Shown here: in pieces, positions 1 to 9,925 of the stretch | Position numbering within the stretch: the stretch's first letter is position 1 | Layout: every line of letters begins with the position of its first letter | Assembly: GCA_043800695.1 (NCBI GenBank) | Contig: JAZDMU010000053.1 | Location: forward strand, 29,721 to 93,720 | Origin: Bacteroidota bacterium | GTDB lineage: Bacteria; Bacteroidota; Bacteroidia; Bacteroidales; VadinHA17 | DNA: 64,000 bases | Direction of reading: 5' to 3' | Made by a program: the position numbers and the translations under genes | The notes under the pieces: generated by a model | The model's database searches: none | Told to the model about the DNA's origin: nothing | Seen by the model: the letters and a program-made list of their open reading frames with translations, nothing else

Positions 1-1748
1 GCATAACTCATGAATTCAGACAGGATGTCATCCTGACTCAACCACTTCTCTGGGATATTGATGATCCCCAGCAGTACCGTGTTGTTGTGATCGTAAAAAA
101 GGATGATATGATTGCGGATGAATATGGAGTGAATATAGGATTAAGGACTATCGAATTCACTGCCCGCGATGGTTTTTACCTCAATGGAAGAAGAGTTGAG
201 ATAAAAGGTGTCTGCATGCATCATGACCTCGGCGCTCTTGGAGCAGCTTTTAACCTGCGGGCAGCAGAACGGCAGCTTGAGATCCTGAAGGAGATGGGAT
301 GCAATGCTGTCAGGACAAGTCATAATCCCCCTGCACCGGAACTGCTTGATCTTTGCGACAGAATGGGCTTTCTTGTTGAAGATGAGGCTTTTGATGCATG
401 GAAAAACGGCAAAAAACCTTTGGACTACCATTTGCTTTTTGACGCATGGCATGCAGAGGACCTGAAAGCGCTGGTACGCCGCGACAGGAATCATCCTTCA
501 GTGATCATATGGAGCATCGGGAATGAGATCCGTGAACAGAATATGCCCTGGCTTGCTGAAAACCTGAAAGGAATAGTCAGATCCGGGGACCATACCCGTC
601 CGGTTACTGCAGGATGCGACCAGGATGAAGCAGGAACGAGCGGCTTCCAGAAAGCACTTGATGTCTTTGGAATAAATTACAGGTTGCACAGGTATGATGC
701 ATTCTTCACTCATAAAGAGAATGACGACCTGCCGTTCCATGCAAGTGAATCAGCATCAACGGTAACCTCAAGGGGCGAATACTTCTTCCCTGTAGTCCAG
801 GGCGATCTTGACAACAACCTTCCGGGGAATGGTATCTTCCAGCTCTCATCATACGACCTCGCTTATCCATGGTGGGCTTCAACCCCCGACCAGCAGTGGG
901 AAATGATGGATAAATACCCTGGTACATTTGGTGAATTTGTCTGGACGGGGTTCGATTATCTCGGTGAGCCAACACCCTATTACGGCGACCTGACAGGGGT
1001 AAAACCCGGATCTCCTCAATATACTGAGGTGAAAAAAATGCTTGAAAAACAAGGTGTTGCAGAGGTACCATCACGAAGCAGCTATTTCGGAATACTTGAC
1101 CTTGCCGGTTTCAAAAAAGACAGGTTCTGGCTTTATCAGTCAAAATGGAAACCTGATCTGCCGATGGCACATATACTTCCTCACTGGAACTGGCCTGAAA
1201 GGAAAGGTCTTGTAACCCCGGTACATGTATATACATCGGGCGATGAAGCCGAGTTGTTCCTTAACGGGAAATCGCTCGGAAAGAAGAAGAAAGGAGAGTT
1301 TGAATACCGCCTGAGATGGGATGATGTTGTATATCAGCCGGGTGAACTGAAAGTTGTTGCCTACAGGAACGAAGAGAAATGGGCTGAAGATGTGATGAGA
1401 ACAACAGGCAAGGCATACCAGCTCTCCATGTCGCCCGACCGGCAGGAAGTTGCTGCAGACGGGAAAGATCTGATTTTTATAACAGTAAGAATAGCAGATA
1501 AAAACAATCTGCCGGTTCCGCGCAGCAGCAACCGCATTGATTTCAGCATTGAAGGCCCCGGAAGGATCGTCGCAACCGACAACGGTGACGCAACCAGCCA
1601 TGAATCGTTCCAGTCACCCTCAAGGAAGGCTTACAACAGCATGTGCCTTGTTATAGTAGCTGCAGAAAAAGGCTCTTCAGGCACAATCACCATTAAGGCA
1701 GCATCAAAAGGGTTGAAGGGAATTAGTACAACAATTGAAATACAATGA
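1..1748 (+). CDS. Glycoside hydrolase family 2 (beta-galactosidase/beta-glucuronidase-like), 5'-truncated by the window edge
   Basis: The frame is open from nt 3 (ITHEFRQDV..LWDIDDPQQY), so the Met at 87 is internal. The catalytic TIM-barrel block RDRNHPSVIIWSIGNEI and the C-terminal Ig-like region are typical of GH2. Confidence 0.85.
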   Translation, partial: ITHEFRQDVILTQPLLWDIDDPQQYRVVVIVKKDDMIADEYGVNIGLRTIEFTARDGFYLNGRRVEIKGVCMHHDLGALGAAFNLRAAERQLEILKEMGCNAVRTSHNPPAPELLDLCDRMGFLVEDEAFDAWKNGKKPLDYHLLFDAWHAEDLKALVRRDRNHPSVIIWSIGNEIREQNMPWLAENLKGIVRSGDHTRPVTAGCDQDEAGTSGFQKALDVFGINYRLHRYDAFFTHKENDDLPFHASESASTVTSRGEYFFPVVQGDLDNNLPGNGIFQLSSYDLAYPWWASTPDQQWEMMDKYPGTFGEFVWTGFDYLGEPTPYYGDLTGVKPGSPQYTEVKKMLEKQGVAEVPSRSSYFGILDLAGFKKDRFWLYQSKWKPDLPMAHILPHWNWPERKGLVTPVHVYTSGDEAELFLNGKSLGKKKKGEFEYRLRWDDVVYQPGELKVVAYRNEEKWAEDVMRTTGKAYQLSMSPDRQEVAADGKDLIFITVRIADKNNLPVPRSSNRIDFSIEGPGRIVATDNGDATSHESFQSPSRKAYNSMCLVIVAAEKGSSGTITIKAASKGLKGISTTIEIQ

Positions 1749-1755
1749 TCAAACT

Positions 1756-1823
1756 CCCCTCCCTGGAGGGGTTGGGGGTGGGTAAAAAGCTCTCAAACCC
1801 ACCCCTGCCCCTCCCAGGAGGGG
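1756..1823. repeat. Inverted pair of a ~28-nt GC-rich element (family E), probably a terminator hairpin
   Basis: CCCCTCCCTGGAGGGGTTGGGGGTGGGT (1756-1783) faces ACCCACCCCTGCCCCTCCCAGGAGGGG (1797-1823). Related copies lie at 43252-43370 and 62398-62425. Confidence 0.85.
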
Positions 1824-1842
1824 ATTCCAACGGATAATCCAT

Positions 1843-3438
1843 ATGTTAAAAAAGATCCCCCATACCTACGTAATCGTCTTCAGTATCATTGTGATGTCGG
1901 CCATGCTTACCTGGGTGGTTCCCGGCGGGGCGTTTGACAGGCAGACAGTAACAGTCAACGGGATCGACAGGAATGTCGTTGTTCCGGGTTCGTTCCATAA
2001 TGTGGAAAGGAATCCGCAGACATGGCAGATATTCTCGGCTCTTTTCGACGGTTTTGTCGATAAGGCAGATATAATTGTATTCATCCTTATAATCGGCGGT
2101 GCGTTCTGGATAATGAATGAGAGCAAAGCTATTGATGTTGCGATTAAGTCAGTCCTGCGGTTCACAAAAAGGATTGAGCATAACAGGATCATATCCGGTA
2201 TTGGCGCCGACAACCTGATTTTTATTGTCATCATGCTGATGTTCAGCATCTTCGGTGCAGTATTCGGCATGAGTGAAGAGACGATAGCATTTGTAATAAT
2301 TTTTGTACCCCTTGCTGTCTCCATGGGATATGATTCAATTGTCGGCGTTTCGCTCTGCTTCGTTGCAGCTGCCCTGGGATTTGCAGGAGCAATATTGAAT
2401 CCCTTTACCATTGGCATAGCACAGGGTCTGTCAAACCTTCCCCTCTTCTCGGGTATAGAATACAGGATGTTCTGCTGGGTGATACTTAACATTGCCGGGT
2501 TCTGGTTCATCCTCAGGTATGCAAGGAAGATAAAGAAAAACCCGGCATTCTCGCCCGTCCACTCCGATGATGAATACTGGAAAAGCATCAGGGAACCTGA
2601 CGGTATAGAGATCGTATATCATACTCCCCTTTCAGCCTGGATTTCTTACGGCATTCTCTTTATTGTGATGCTGATATTCTCGTTTCTTAATCCGATAAGT
2701 GAAATCTCAGCCGGGGAAACAAAAATTCCGTTCCCGGCCATACCTGTCATAACAGCATTTTTCCTTATTACAGGATTCCTGAGCCTGAGAAAATCAGTAC
2801 ATTTCTTTATCCTTGTTATTCTGATAGTTACGATATTTTTTCTCATAACCGGGGTTATGGGTTACGGCTGGTATATAATGGAGATAGCCACTCTGTTCTT
2901 TGCGATGGGTTTGGTCGCCGGTATATCAATGAATTACAATGCAAACAAGATAACAAAGCTCTTTCTCGACGGATTGAAGGATATCCTGTCTGCAGCAGTG
3001 ATAGTAGGGCTGGCAGGAGGTATAATAATTATCCTGAACAACGGCAACATAATTGATACGATGCTTTACAAGCTGTCGGTATCGATATCGGGAATGGGAA
3101 AGATGGCAGCCATCAGCATGATGTATGTCGTGCAGACCCTCATCAACCTTGTTATGCCGTCAGGATCGGCCAAGGCTGCCCTGACCATGCCCATGATGTC
3201 GCAGTTCTCCGACCTTATCGGAATATCGCGGCAGGCTACCGTTGTGGCATTCCAGTTCGGCGACGGATTTACCAATATGATAACTCCCACATCCGGAGTC
3301 CTTCTGGGTGTTCTGAGTGTCGCCAGGATCCCTTACGAAAAATGGTTCAGGTGGGTACTTCCCCTGATCATCATCCTGACTCTCATCGGATTCATTCTGC
3401 TTCTCCCTACCATATACATGAAACTTAACGGATTCTGA
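1843..3438 (+). CDS. YfcC-family / C4-dicarboxylate anaerobic carrier-like membrane transporter
   Basis: 531 aa and polytopic. The N-terminus MLKKIPHTYVIVFSIIV..WVVPGGAFDR and the overall hydrophobic pattern are typical of YfcC/DcuC-like carriers. Confidence 0.7.
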   Translation: MLKKIPHTYVIVFSIIVMSAMLTWVVPGGAFDRQTVTVNGIDRNVVVPGSFHNVERNPQTWQIFSALFDGFVDKADIIVFILIIGGAFWIMNESKAIDVAIKSVLRFTKRIEHNRIISGIGADNLIFIVIMLMFSIFGAVFGMSEETIAFVIIFVPLAVSMGYDSIVGVSLCFVAAALGFAGAILNPFTIGIAQGLSNLPLFSGIEYRMFCWVILNIAGFWFILRYARKIKKNPAFSPVHSDDEYWKSIREPDGIEIVYHTPLSAWISYGILFIVMLIFSFLNPISEISAGETKIPFPAIPVITAFFLITGFLSLRKSVHFFILVILIVTIFFLITGVMGYGWYIMEIATLFFAMGLVAGISMNYNANKITKLFLDGLKDILSAAVIVGLAGGIIIILNNGNIIDTMLYKLSVSISGMGKMAAISMMYVVQTLINLVMPSGSAKAALTMPMMSQFSDLIGISRQATVVAFQFGDGFTNMITPTSGVLLGVLSVARIPYEKWFRWVLPLIIILTLIGFILLLPTIYMKLNGF

Positions 3439-3535
3439 CACAATGTTAACTTTCGTTAAAACTGATAATGAGGAAGTTTTAAAAGGGGTTTTTTCATATT
3501 TTTGCCCCTGAAATTTCAAAGGTCTATAATAAGAA

Positions 3536-4795
3536 ATGAAGAAAACAATTATCATAACAGCTGCAGTTGTTGCAGCTGCTTTCCTGGCGCTTTTTGTTTT
3601 CAACAGGATCACTTCCGCTAAAGATGAAGCCGGTCTTTTCGCTGAAGCTTCCGAGGGCAGGTTCGAAATTGCCATCACAACCGCAGGTGAGCTTCTTGCA
3701 GAAAATTCTGTTGACATTGTTGCTCCTGCCCTGACAATGCAGAGAGACATCAGGGCAATGAATGTAAAGATACAGGACCTGGTTACCGAAGGGACTGAAG
3801 TCAGGAAGGGAGACTGGATCGCAACGCTCGACAGGACCCAGTTCGACAATACCCTGAAGGATGAGCAGGAGAGAGTTGTAACCATCAGGACAGAATATGA
3901 TATGGCATTGCTCGATACAGCAGTGACTCTCAGTAATCTGAGGGATCAGATTGAAAACCAGATACATACAGTTGAAGAAGCCAGAATCACTCTCAGGAAC
4001 TCCAAATACGAACCTCCCACAACAATCCGGCAGGCAGAGATCACTTATGACAAGGCACAGAGAGGACTTGAGCAATTGAGAAGAAGCTATACGCTTGCAC
4101 AGGCCCAGACTGAAACAAGGATAAGGAATATCTGGATACGCCTTAACAGATTTGAACGGAGAGTACAGGATTATGAGGAAGTTCTTGCAGGATTTATCAT
4201 AACTGCCCCTTCTGACGGGATGGTTATATACAAAAAAGACAGGTTGGGGAACAGGCGCAAGGCTGGAGCCAACATCAATCCTATGGACAGGGTGGTGGCC
4301 ACTCTGCCCGACCTATCATCAATGCTGTCAAAAGTATATGTCAGCGAGATTGATATAAGCAAGGTAAAGACGGGTCTGCCTGTTAATGTTACAGTTGATG
4401 CATTCCCCGACAAGTCATACAGCGGATCGGTTCTCACAGTTGCCAATATAGGTGAGCAGCTTGAGAACAGCGATTCAAAGGTATTTGAGGTAATGATAAA
4501 AATTGATGGTTCCGATTATTCACTCAGACCCTCAATGACAACCAACAACAAGATCATTATCGACGTGCTCGATAATGTCACTTATATTCCAAATGAATGC
4601 ATCCACACCGGGACCGACAGCATTCCCGTTGTATATACCAAAGGCGGTGTCAGACAGATAGTAATCCCCGGAAAGGCGAACGACAAGGAGATCGTTATCG
4701 AGAAGGGAGTCAGGCCCGGGATGGTTCTCTACCGTGAGATTCCGGTTGATGCCGATAAATTCAGGCTGGCAGGCGAGGAGCTGTGGTTAGATTAA
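3536..4795 (+). CDS. HlyD/MacA-type efflux periplasmic adaptor subunit
   Basis: N-terminal membrane anchor, long coiled-coil region (QERVVTIRTEYDMALLD...), and C-terminal beta-barrel (LPVNVTVDAFPDKSYSGSV). No pump partner is adjacent. Confidence 0.7.
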   Translation: MKKTIIITAAVVAAAFLALFVFNRITSAKDEAGLFAEASEGRFEIAITTAGELLAENSVDIVAPALTMQRDIRAMNVKIQDLVTEGTEVRKGDWIATLDRTQFDNTLKDEQERVVTIRTEYDMALLDTAVTLSNLRDQIENQIHTVEEARITLRNSKYEPPTTIRQAEITYDKAQRGLEQLRRSYTLAQAQTETRIRNIWIRLNRFERRVQDYEEVLAGFIITAPSDGMVIYKKDRLGNRRKAGANINPMDRVVATLPDLSSMLSKVYVSEIDISKVKTGLPVNVTVDAFPDKSYSGSVLTVANIGEQLENSDSKVFEVMIKIDGSDYSLRPSMTTNNKIIIDVLDNVTYIPNECIHTGTDSIPVVYTKGGVRQIVIPGKANDKEIVIEKGVRPGMVLYREIPVDADKFRLAGEELWLD

Positions 4796-4829
4796 AAAAG
4801 GAGGGATCATTCAGTGCCCTCCTTTTTTT
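4796..4829. terminator. Bidirectional rho-independent terminator between convergent genes
   Basis: AAAAAGGAGGG-atcattcagtg-CCCTCCTTTTTTT has an A-run on one side and a T-run on the other. Confidence 0.85.
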
Positions 4830-4844
4830 GCCACAAAACTGGTT

Positions 4845-5399
4845 TTACTTCTTGTTATAAACTGCGATTGTCACCCTTTCGCCATTGGGCGTACTTGATG
4901 TGCTTTTGACAGACAGGATTCCGGCATCTGTAAGCGTCCATTCCTGCGTAGATGTCATCGTCCTTGTCTCACCGCCCATATCAAATGTACTTGTGGTCGC
5001 TATCTTCAGTGTTTTGCCGTCAGCGGACCAGGTTGCAACCGATTTGCTGTCGCCCCTGCCGGTGGTGTTAACGCTTTCCTTGCCATCAAGGGTGTATTTC
5101 GAAACAGTGGTCACAGACTCGCCGCTCTGGTTTGTCCTTGTGCGGGTCACGGTAAGAAGGTTTGATTCCTGTGCAGCCGTGAAATCACCGCCGCCAAAGC
5201 CTCCCATTCTGCCTCCCTGGGGAGCGCCGCCCTGACCGCCGGGTGCACCGCCCATATCGCTCTTCTCGGCATTGAATGCCCATGTGCCGGCGAAGTTGGC
5301 TTTTCCGCCCTGCCCGTTAAGTGAAAGAGGCATTGCAATCACAGTCATGATTATCATTGCTGATAACATGATCTGAAAATTCTTAACATTTTTTTTCAT
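4845..5399 (-). CDS. Secreted hypothetical protein with a Gly-rich linker
   Basis: Signal peptide MKKNVKNFQIMLSAMIIMTVIAMPLSLNG, a GGAPGGQGGAPQGGRMGGFGGG low-complexity tract, then a beta-rich domain. Confidence 0.6.
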   Translation of the reverse strand: MKKNVKNFQIMLSAMIIMTVIAMPLSLNGQGGKANFAGTWAFNAEKSDMGGAPGGQGGAPQGGRMGGFGGGDFTAAQESNLLTVTRTRTNQSGESVTTVSKYTLDGKESVNTTGRGDSKSVATWSADGKTLKIATTSTFDMGGETRTMTSTQEWTLTDAGILSVKSTSSTPNGERVTIAVYNKK

Positions 5400-5570
5400 A
5401 TTTCTGTTTTTGTTGGTTGATTTTAATATATAGACAACTTATCAAAGGTAGATATTCCATTAAGAATAAAAGAGGCTGATATGTTATTTAATGTTTTTTA
5501 AGAATTAAGAAAAATCCTTATACTTGCATCCTGAATTATAAAATTATACTAACAATTAAACCAGATAATC

Positions 5571-6068
5571 ATGGTCAAAAAAACTCTTACACTGTTATTC
5601 GCAGCTGCTTTACTGGCTTCATGCGGCAACACGGGCAAAAAAGAAGCCGCCTTAAAGACGGAGGAACAGACAGGCGCAGTAAAGGTGGAATTCGCTTCCC
5701 TGATTGAAAATCCTGAAAACTATATCGGAAAAGAGATCAGCGTTGAAGGTAAAGTGGTGCATGTCTGCATGCACAGCGGGAAAAAACTGTTCATCACAGG
5801 TGATAATCCAGATATACGGTTGTATGTTCAGGCCGGTGAGGAGATGCCGAAATTTCCGACTGAACTGCTTGGAAGTGAAATAGTTGTTGAGGGAACTCTT
5901 ACCAGAGCCCAGGCAACTGCAATGGCTGAGGGAGAAGGAATGCATGCAGGAGGCGGATCAGCCGACATGGCCGAAGGCGATTCATGCGTGACTGAAACGG
6001 CTCTTGCAGCTCAAACGGCCCTCGCGGAATTAATGATGGTATACAACAAGCACACGCTTGTTAAATGA
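5571..6068 (+). CDS. Lipoprotein, function unknown
   Basis: Lipobox LLASC at residues 14-18. The stop overlaps the start of the next gene (ATGA at 6065-6068). Confidence 0.6.
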   Translation: MVKKTLTLLFAAALLASCGNTGKKEAALKTEEQTGAVKVEFASLIENPENYIGKEISVEGKVVHVCMHSGKKLFITGDNPDIRLYVQAGEEMPKFPTELLGSEIVVEGTLTRAQATAMAEGEGMHAGGGSADMAEGDSCVTETALAAQTALAELMMVYNKHTLVK

Positions 6069-6613
6069 ACCTGCCGAAGCTCAACAGAATAACTCATCGT
6101 GATATCGGGTATCTGATTGCAGGGATGACAATAATTTACGCCATCTCGGGGATCGCCATTAACCATAAGCATGACTGGAACCCGAATTATATCATTGACA
6201 ACAGGACATTTACCACAGGGGTAGTGATCTCAAGGGAGACTCTCAATGATGAAACTGCAAGGAAGATAATCCAGGAAGCAGGAAGTGACCTTAAATACAG
6301 GACTTATTATTATCCTTCGGGGAATATCCTTACAATTTTCGTTGACGGAGGCTCGGTACGGATCAATACTGTCACGGGAAGAGGTGAAGTGGAGAAGATC
6401 AGTAAAAGGCCTTTGTTCTACCAGGTGAACTTCCTGCATTACAACCCGGGGGTATGGTGGAAATATTTCAGCGACCTATTTTGTGTTGCACTTATACTGG
6501 TAACCATCACCGGGCTTTTCATAATCAAAGGCAGAAATGGCATAACCCGCCGCGGTGCGATACTGACAGCGATCGGGATAATACTGCCTTTAATATTTTT
6601 GTTTATTTATTAA
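6065..6613 (+). CDS. PepSY-associated TM-helix family membrane protein
   Basis: N-terminal HRDIGYLIAGMTIIYAISGIAINHKHDW and a C-terminal TM pair are typical of PepSY-TM proteins. Confidence 0.6.
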   Translation: MNLPKLNRITHRDIGYLIAGMTIIYAISGIAINHKHDWNPNYIIDNRTFTTGVVISRETLNDETARKIIQEAGSDLKYRTYYYPSGNILTIFVDGGSVRINTVTGRGEVEKISKRPLFYQVNFLHYNPGVWWKYFSDLFCVALILVTITGLFIIKGRNGITRRGAILTAIGIILPLIFLFIY

Positions 6614-8732
6614 ACGCCTCCAGCACCCTTTCCCGGGTAAACGGCATTGTGAAGAGCCGTGCCCCGGTAGCGTCGAATATCGCATTCCCAATTGCCGCTC
6701 CCACAGTAATAATTGCCGGTTCGCCTCCACCCTGCGGTGCCTTGTCTTTCCTGTCAAGGATAATGCAATCTGTTTTTGGCATCCATGAGAATCGCGGGAT
6801 CTCATAGCTGTCGAAATTCCGGTCAAGTATTTTACCACCCTCAAATTTAAGCTCTTCGATGAAGGTGTAACCGAGCCCCATTGCTATGCATCCTTCCATC
6901 TGGATCAATGCTCCCTGCGGATTTACACACAATCCCATATCCTGTGTGCATGCGACTCTTACAACTGTCACCCTGCCTGTACTTTTATCAACTTTTACTT
7001 CTGCGATCATTGCCACCCATGTACCGGCATCGGTCCCGCAGGCTATTCCTATCCCTCTTCCCGAAGGAGCTTTACCGGCTTTATATCCAAAGGTTTCTGC
7101 AACTGATTTCCAGCAGTCAATCATCTTCTCGTCCTTCAGGTTTTTCATCCTGAACTCAAGCGGATCGATTCCGGCGGCAGAAGCCATGATATCAATCTGT
7201 GTTTCCCTGGCGAATGTGTTGGTGTTATTGTTCGGAGCACGCCAGGGTCCAGTTGCGAAAGGATGTACCCTGAAGGTTTTTGGATTCTCACTGTAGCTTG
7301 TTGTCCGCGCATTCGGGACATCATAAGTAGTCTCGGCTCCTCTCGTTCCCGAGAAGTATACATAATAATCCCAGAAAGTTATCCTGCCCGAGCTGTCAAC
7401 TCCTGAGGCTATCTTTATAACACCTGCGCTGTGAAAGATGTCATAGAAAAATTCCTCTTCGCGCGTCCAGATCACCATCACTGGTTTGCCCGTCATCCTG
7501 GCCAGCTTCGCAGCCTCAATACCCTGCTGGTATGCGGATTTGCCTCCAAATCCTCCTCCGACAAAGGGTGTTATTACTCTTACATTTTCACGGGTCATCC
7601 CCAGGTCACGGACTATCCCGTCCTGAAGTCCGAACGGCGACTGGGTAGCAGCCCGGACTGTTACTTTATCTCCTTCAAAATGAGCAAGTGCAGTATGTGT
7701 CTCAATCGGGCAATGTGCCAGGTAGGGGTCATTGTAAGTATGTTCAAAAACTTTAGCAGATTGCTCTCGTCCGGCATTCAGATCTCCCTCCGTCCTTACC
7801 ACATTTGAACGCGATTCTGCATTCAGCATCCATTCCTTCACGGTCTTGTCACTGACCTTCAGCTCGTTGAACTCATATTCAGAACGGATATTCTTTACAG
7901 CCTCATCAGCCTGGTACTTGTTTTCACTCACCACTGCTATGAAGTCACCGTCGCGCACAACCTTCACGCCACTGACCTTCTCCGCGCCGGATACATCGAC
8001 CGATGTCAGCTTTGCGCCATGAGATGGCGGCCTTAGTATCCTGGCAAACAGCATGCCCGGCAGTTTCAGGTCACCTGCATATTTCGCTTCTCCGGTAACC
8101 TTTAGCTTTGCATCGCTGTGCTTGAAGGGTGAACCAACATATGTGAATTTCGTATAATCCTCTGCAGCAGGTTTTACATCGAGGTATTTCTCAAGCTTCT
8201 GTCCTCTGGCAAGTTGTCCGTAGCTGACTGTTTTAGCCGGATCTTTTGTATCAATTACGATTCCGTCCTTTACTTCAAGCTGAGATGAGGGAACACCCAG
8301 CTGAGCCGATGCAAGATCGACAAGTACTGCCCTTGCTTCTGCAGCAGCTGCCCTTGCGTTGGGACCAAAGCTCCTTGTAGTGAGCGATCCCCAGGTCCCC
8401 TGGTCGTAGGGACAGAGATCGGTGTCGCCCATTACCATTTTGACTTTTTCAAGAGGCACGTTAAGTTCATCAGCCATCATTTGTGCAAGCGATGTGATGA
8501 TCCCCTGACCCATTTCGATCTTCCCGGTGTAGCATGTGACAGTACCGTCTTCAGCTACCCTGAGGAAAGCATTATAGTCTTTGGTAAGGCTCCTGGCCTG
8601 TTCGGCCGGTATTGCCGAAAGGTCAAATATGTTCCATGGCTGGAAGAATATAAATATCCCTCCGCCCAGCAATTTTATAAAGCTGCGCCTTTTCATATCC
8701 ATGCTTTTTTCTTCTCTTTTTTTCATGATCAT
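6603..8732 (-). CDS. Xanthine dehydrogenase-family molybdopterin-binding subunit (IorB/aldehyde oxidoreductase-like), Tat-exported
   Basis: Twin-arginine signal MKRRSFIKLLGGG, 709 aa, aldehyde oxidase/XDH a/b-hammerhead and MoCo-binding regions. Translationally coupled to the 2Fe-2S subunit by a 4-nt overlap. Confidence 0.85.
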   Translation of the reverse strand: MIMKKREEKSMDMKRRSFIKLLGGGIFIFFQPWNIFDLSAIPAEQARSLTKDYNAFLRVAEDGTVTCYTGKIEMGQGIITSLAQMMADELNVPLEKVKMVMGDTDLCPYDQGTWGSLTTRSFGPNARAAAAEARAVLVDLASAQLGVPSSQLEVKDGIVIDTKDPAKTVSYGQLARGQKLEKYLDVKPAAEDYTKFTYVGSPFKHSDAKLKVTGEAKYAGDLKLPGMLFARILRPPSHGAKLTSVDVSGAEKVSGVKVVRDGDFIAVVSENKYQADEAVKNIRSEYEFNELKVSDKTVKEWMLNAESRSNVVRTEGDLNAGREQSAKVFEHTYNDPYLAHCPIETHTALAHFEGDKVTVRAATQSPFGLQDGIVRDLGMTRENVRVITPFVGGGFGGKSAYQQGIEAAKLARMTGKPVMVIWTREEEFFYDIFHSAGVIKIASGVDSSGRITFWDYYVYFSGTRGAETTYDVPNARTTSYSENPKTFRVHPFATGPWRAPNNNTNTFARETQIDIMASAAGIDPLEFRMKNLKDEKMIDCWKSVAETFGYKAGKAPSGRGIGIACGTDAGTWVAMIAEVKVDKSTGRVTVVRVACTQDMGLCVNPQGALIQMEGCIAMGLGYTFIEELKFEGGKILDRNFDSYEIPRFSWMPKTDCIILDRKDKAPQGGGEPAIITVGAAIGNAIFDATGARLFTMPFTRERVLEAFNK

Positions 8733-9205
8733 TTCCCTCCTTTCATTTCTTTTGCTGCTGTCTGAACGGCATCGATGATCCGGTTATGAGCCCCGCATCT
8801 GCACAGGTTATCCTCGAGTCCGCTTATTATATCCTCCTTTGAAGGATTTGGATTTTTCTCAAGTAGTCCGGCGGCGGTCATCAGCATTCCGGGTGTACAG
8901 AATCCGCACTGCAGGGCATCATGTTCAATGAATGCCTTCTGAAGGGGATGAAGTTTGCCTTTCTCGGCGAGGCCTTCAATAGTAACGATGCTTTTGCCGG
9001 CAACTTCGCTTAAAGGAACCATGCATGATCTTACAGGTTCATCATTGATCAGAACAGTACAGGCGCCGCAGAACCCTATTCCGCATCCGTACTTTGTCCC
9101 GGTAAGACCAAGCTGATTCCGCAGAACCCAGAGGAGAGTCTGGCTGGTATCTGTGGTCAGCTCGGTTTTCTTCCCGTTAAGTTTAAAACGAATCTTCTCT
9201 TCCAT
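8729..9205 (-). CDS. (2Fe-2S)-binding small subunit of the XDH-family enzyme
   Basis: Motifs CGIGFCGACTV, CGFCTPG and CRCGAH. Confidence 0.9.
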   Translation of the reverse strand: MEEKIRFKLNGKKTELTTDTSQTLLWVLRNQLGLTGTKYGCGIGFCGACTVLINDEPVRSCMVPLSEVAGKSIVTIEGLAEKGKLHPLQKAFIEHDALQCGFCTPGMLMTAAGLLEKNPNPSKEDIISGLEDNLCRCGAHNRIIDAVQTAAKEMKGGK

Positions 9206-9207
9206 AT

Positions 9208-9801
9208 TCAGGTTATTTGTTTTAATTCATTCATGTAATCGTCAATGGTGTCAATATCCTTCAATACAGCCTGATCGTTCAACTCAACTTCCAGAACATC
9301 AACAGGGAATTTCTCCATAAGCTCTCTCAATCCTTTTTCCGGACTTAATCTCATTACCTCTTCGCGTAATTGATAACTGATCAGGATCGGGTGTCCCCTC
9401 TTACCTCTGAATAAAGGTATAACTATTTTTTTTGATGATTCCGAAAAACTCTCGATCAGCATGTTTATCACACCGGCCCCTATGCCCGGATAATCACCCG
9501 GCAACACTATGGCCGCATCATACTTTTCAGGAAGCTTACTGAATCCGCATTTGACCGAAGACAGCATACCTTCACTGTAATTCTCATTGTAACAATGCCT
9601 TACAGGCAATACTTCTATCCTGTCAAGGATCTCATCTGCTGAAGACCCCAATACTACTATGGTGTTGCCGGCACGTGACGAAACAACATTTTCAATCACC
9701 TTCTCAATCAGGGTCTTTCCCCCGAAAGGCAGCAGCATCTTTGGAGATCCCATTCTCTTTGACTCCCCGGCTGCAAGTATTATGGCCCAGATGTCTGGCA
9801 T
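9208..9801 (-). CDS. mocA: MobA/MocA-like molybdenum cofactor nucleotidyltransferase
   Basis: WAIILAAGESKRMGSPKMLLPF NTP-transferase motif. I moved the start to Met15 (MPDIW). The first 14 codons of the track ORF (MVKATSNQQPATSN) only translate the heptamer repeat. Confidence 0.75.
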   Translation of the reverse strand: MPDIWAIILAAGESKRMGSPKMLLPFGGKTLIEKVIENVVSSRAGNTIVVLGSSADEILDRIEVLPVRHCYNENYSEGMLSSVKCGFSKLPEKYDAAIVLPGDYPGIGAGVINMLIESFSESSKKIVIPLFRGKRGHPILISYQLREEVMRLSPEKGLRELMEKFPVDVLEVELNDQAVLKDIDTIDDYMNELKQIT

Positions 9802-9834
9802 GTTGCTGGTTGCTGGTTGCTGGTTGCTGGTTGC
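9802..9834. repeat. Heptamer tandem array GTTGCTG x4-5 (family A, lone arm)
   Basis: gttgctggttgctggttgctggttgctggttgc lies immediately upstream of the mocA start. Same unit as at 47145-47229 and 54454-54578. Confidence 0.9.
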
Positions 9835-9840
9835 TTTTAC

Positions 9841-9917
9841 CACGGGTTACACGGAATGACACGGATGTAAAGCACGGATTTATCCGTGTTGATCCGTGAT
9901 CCCGGGTACTCGGGAGC
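9841..9917. repeat. CACGGA/TCCGTG-rich element ending in a near-palindrome TCCCGGGTACTCGGGA (family B)
   Basis: cacgggttacacggaatgacacggatgtaaagcacggatttatccgtgttgatccgtgatcccgggtactcgggag. The 33-nt core 9884-9916 is 28/33 identical to the reverse complement of 47799-47831. Confidence 0.85.
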
Positions 9918-9925
9918 ATGGTGAA

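Noticed and set aside
9659-9919. Three overlapping small ORFs (66-74 aa) run across the mocA 5' end and the upstream repeats.
   Set aside because: They are built from the GTTGCTG array and the CACGGA element, or are antisense to mocA. The peptides (LLVAGCWLLVAG, TRINPCFTSVSFRV) are repeat read-through.
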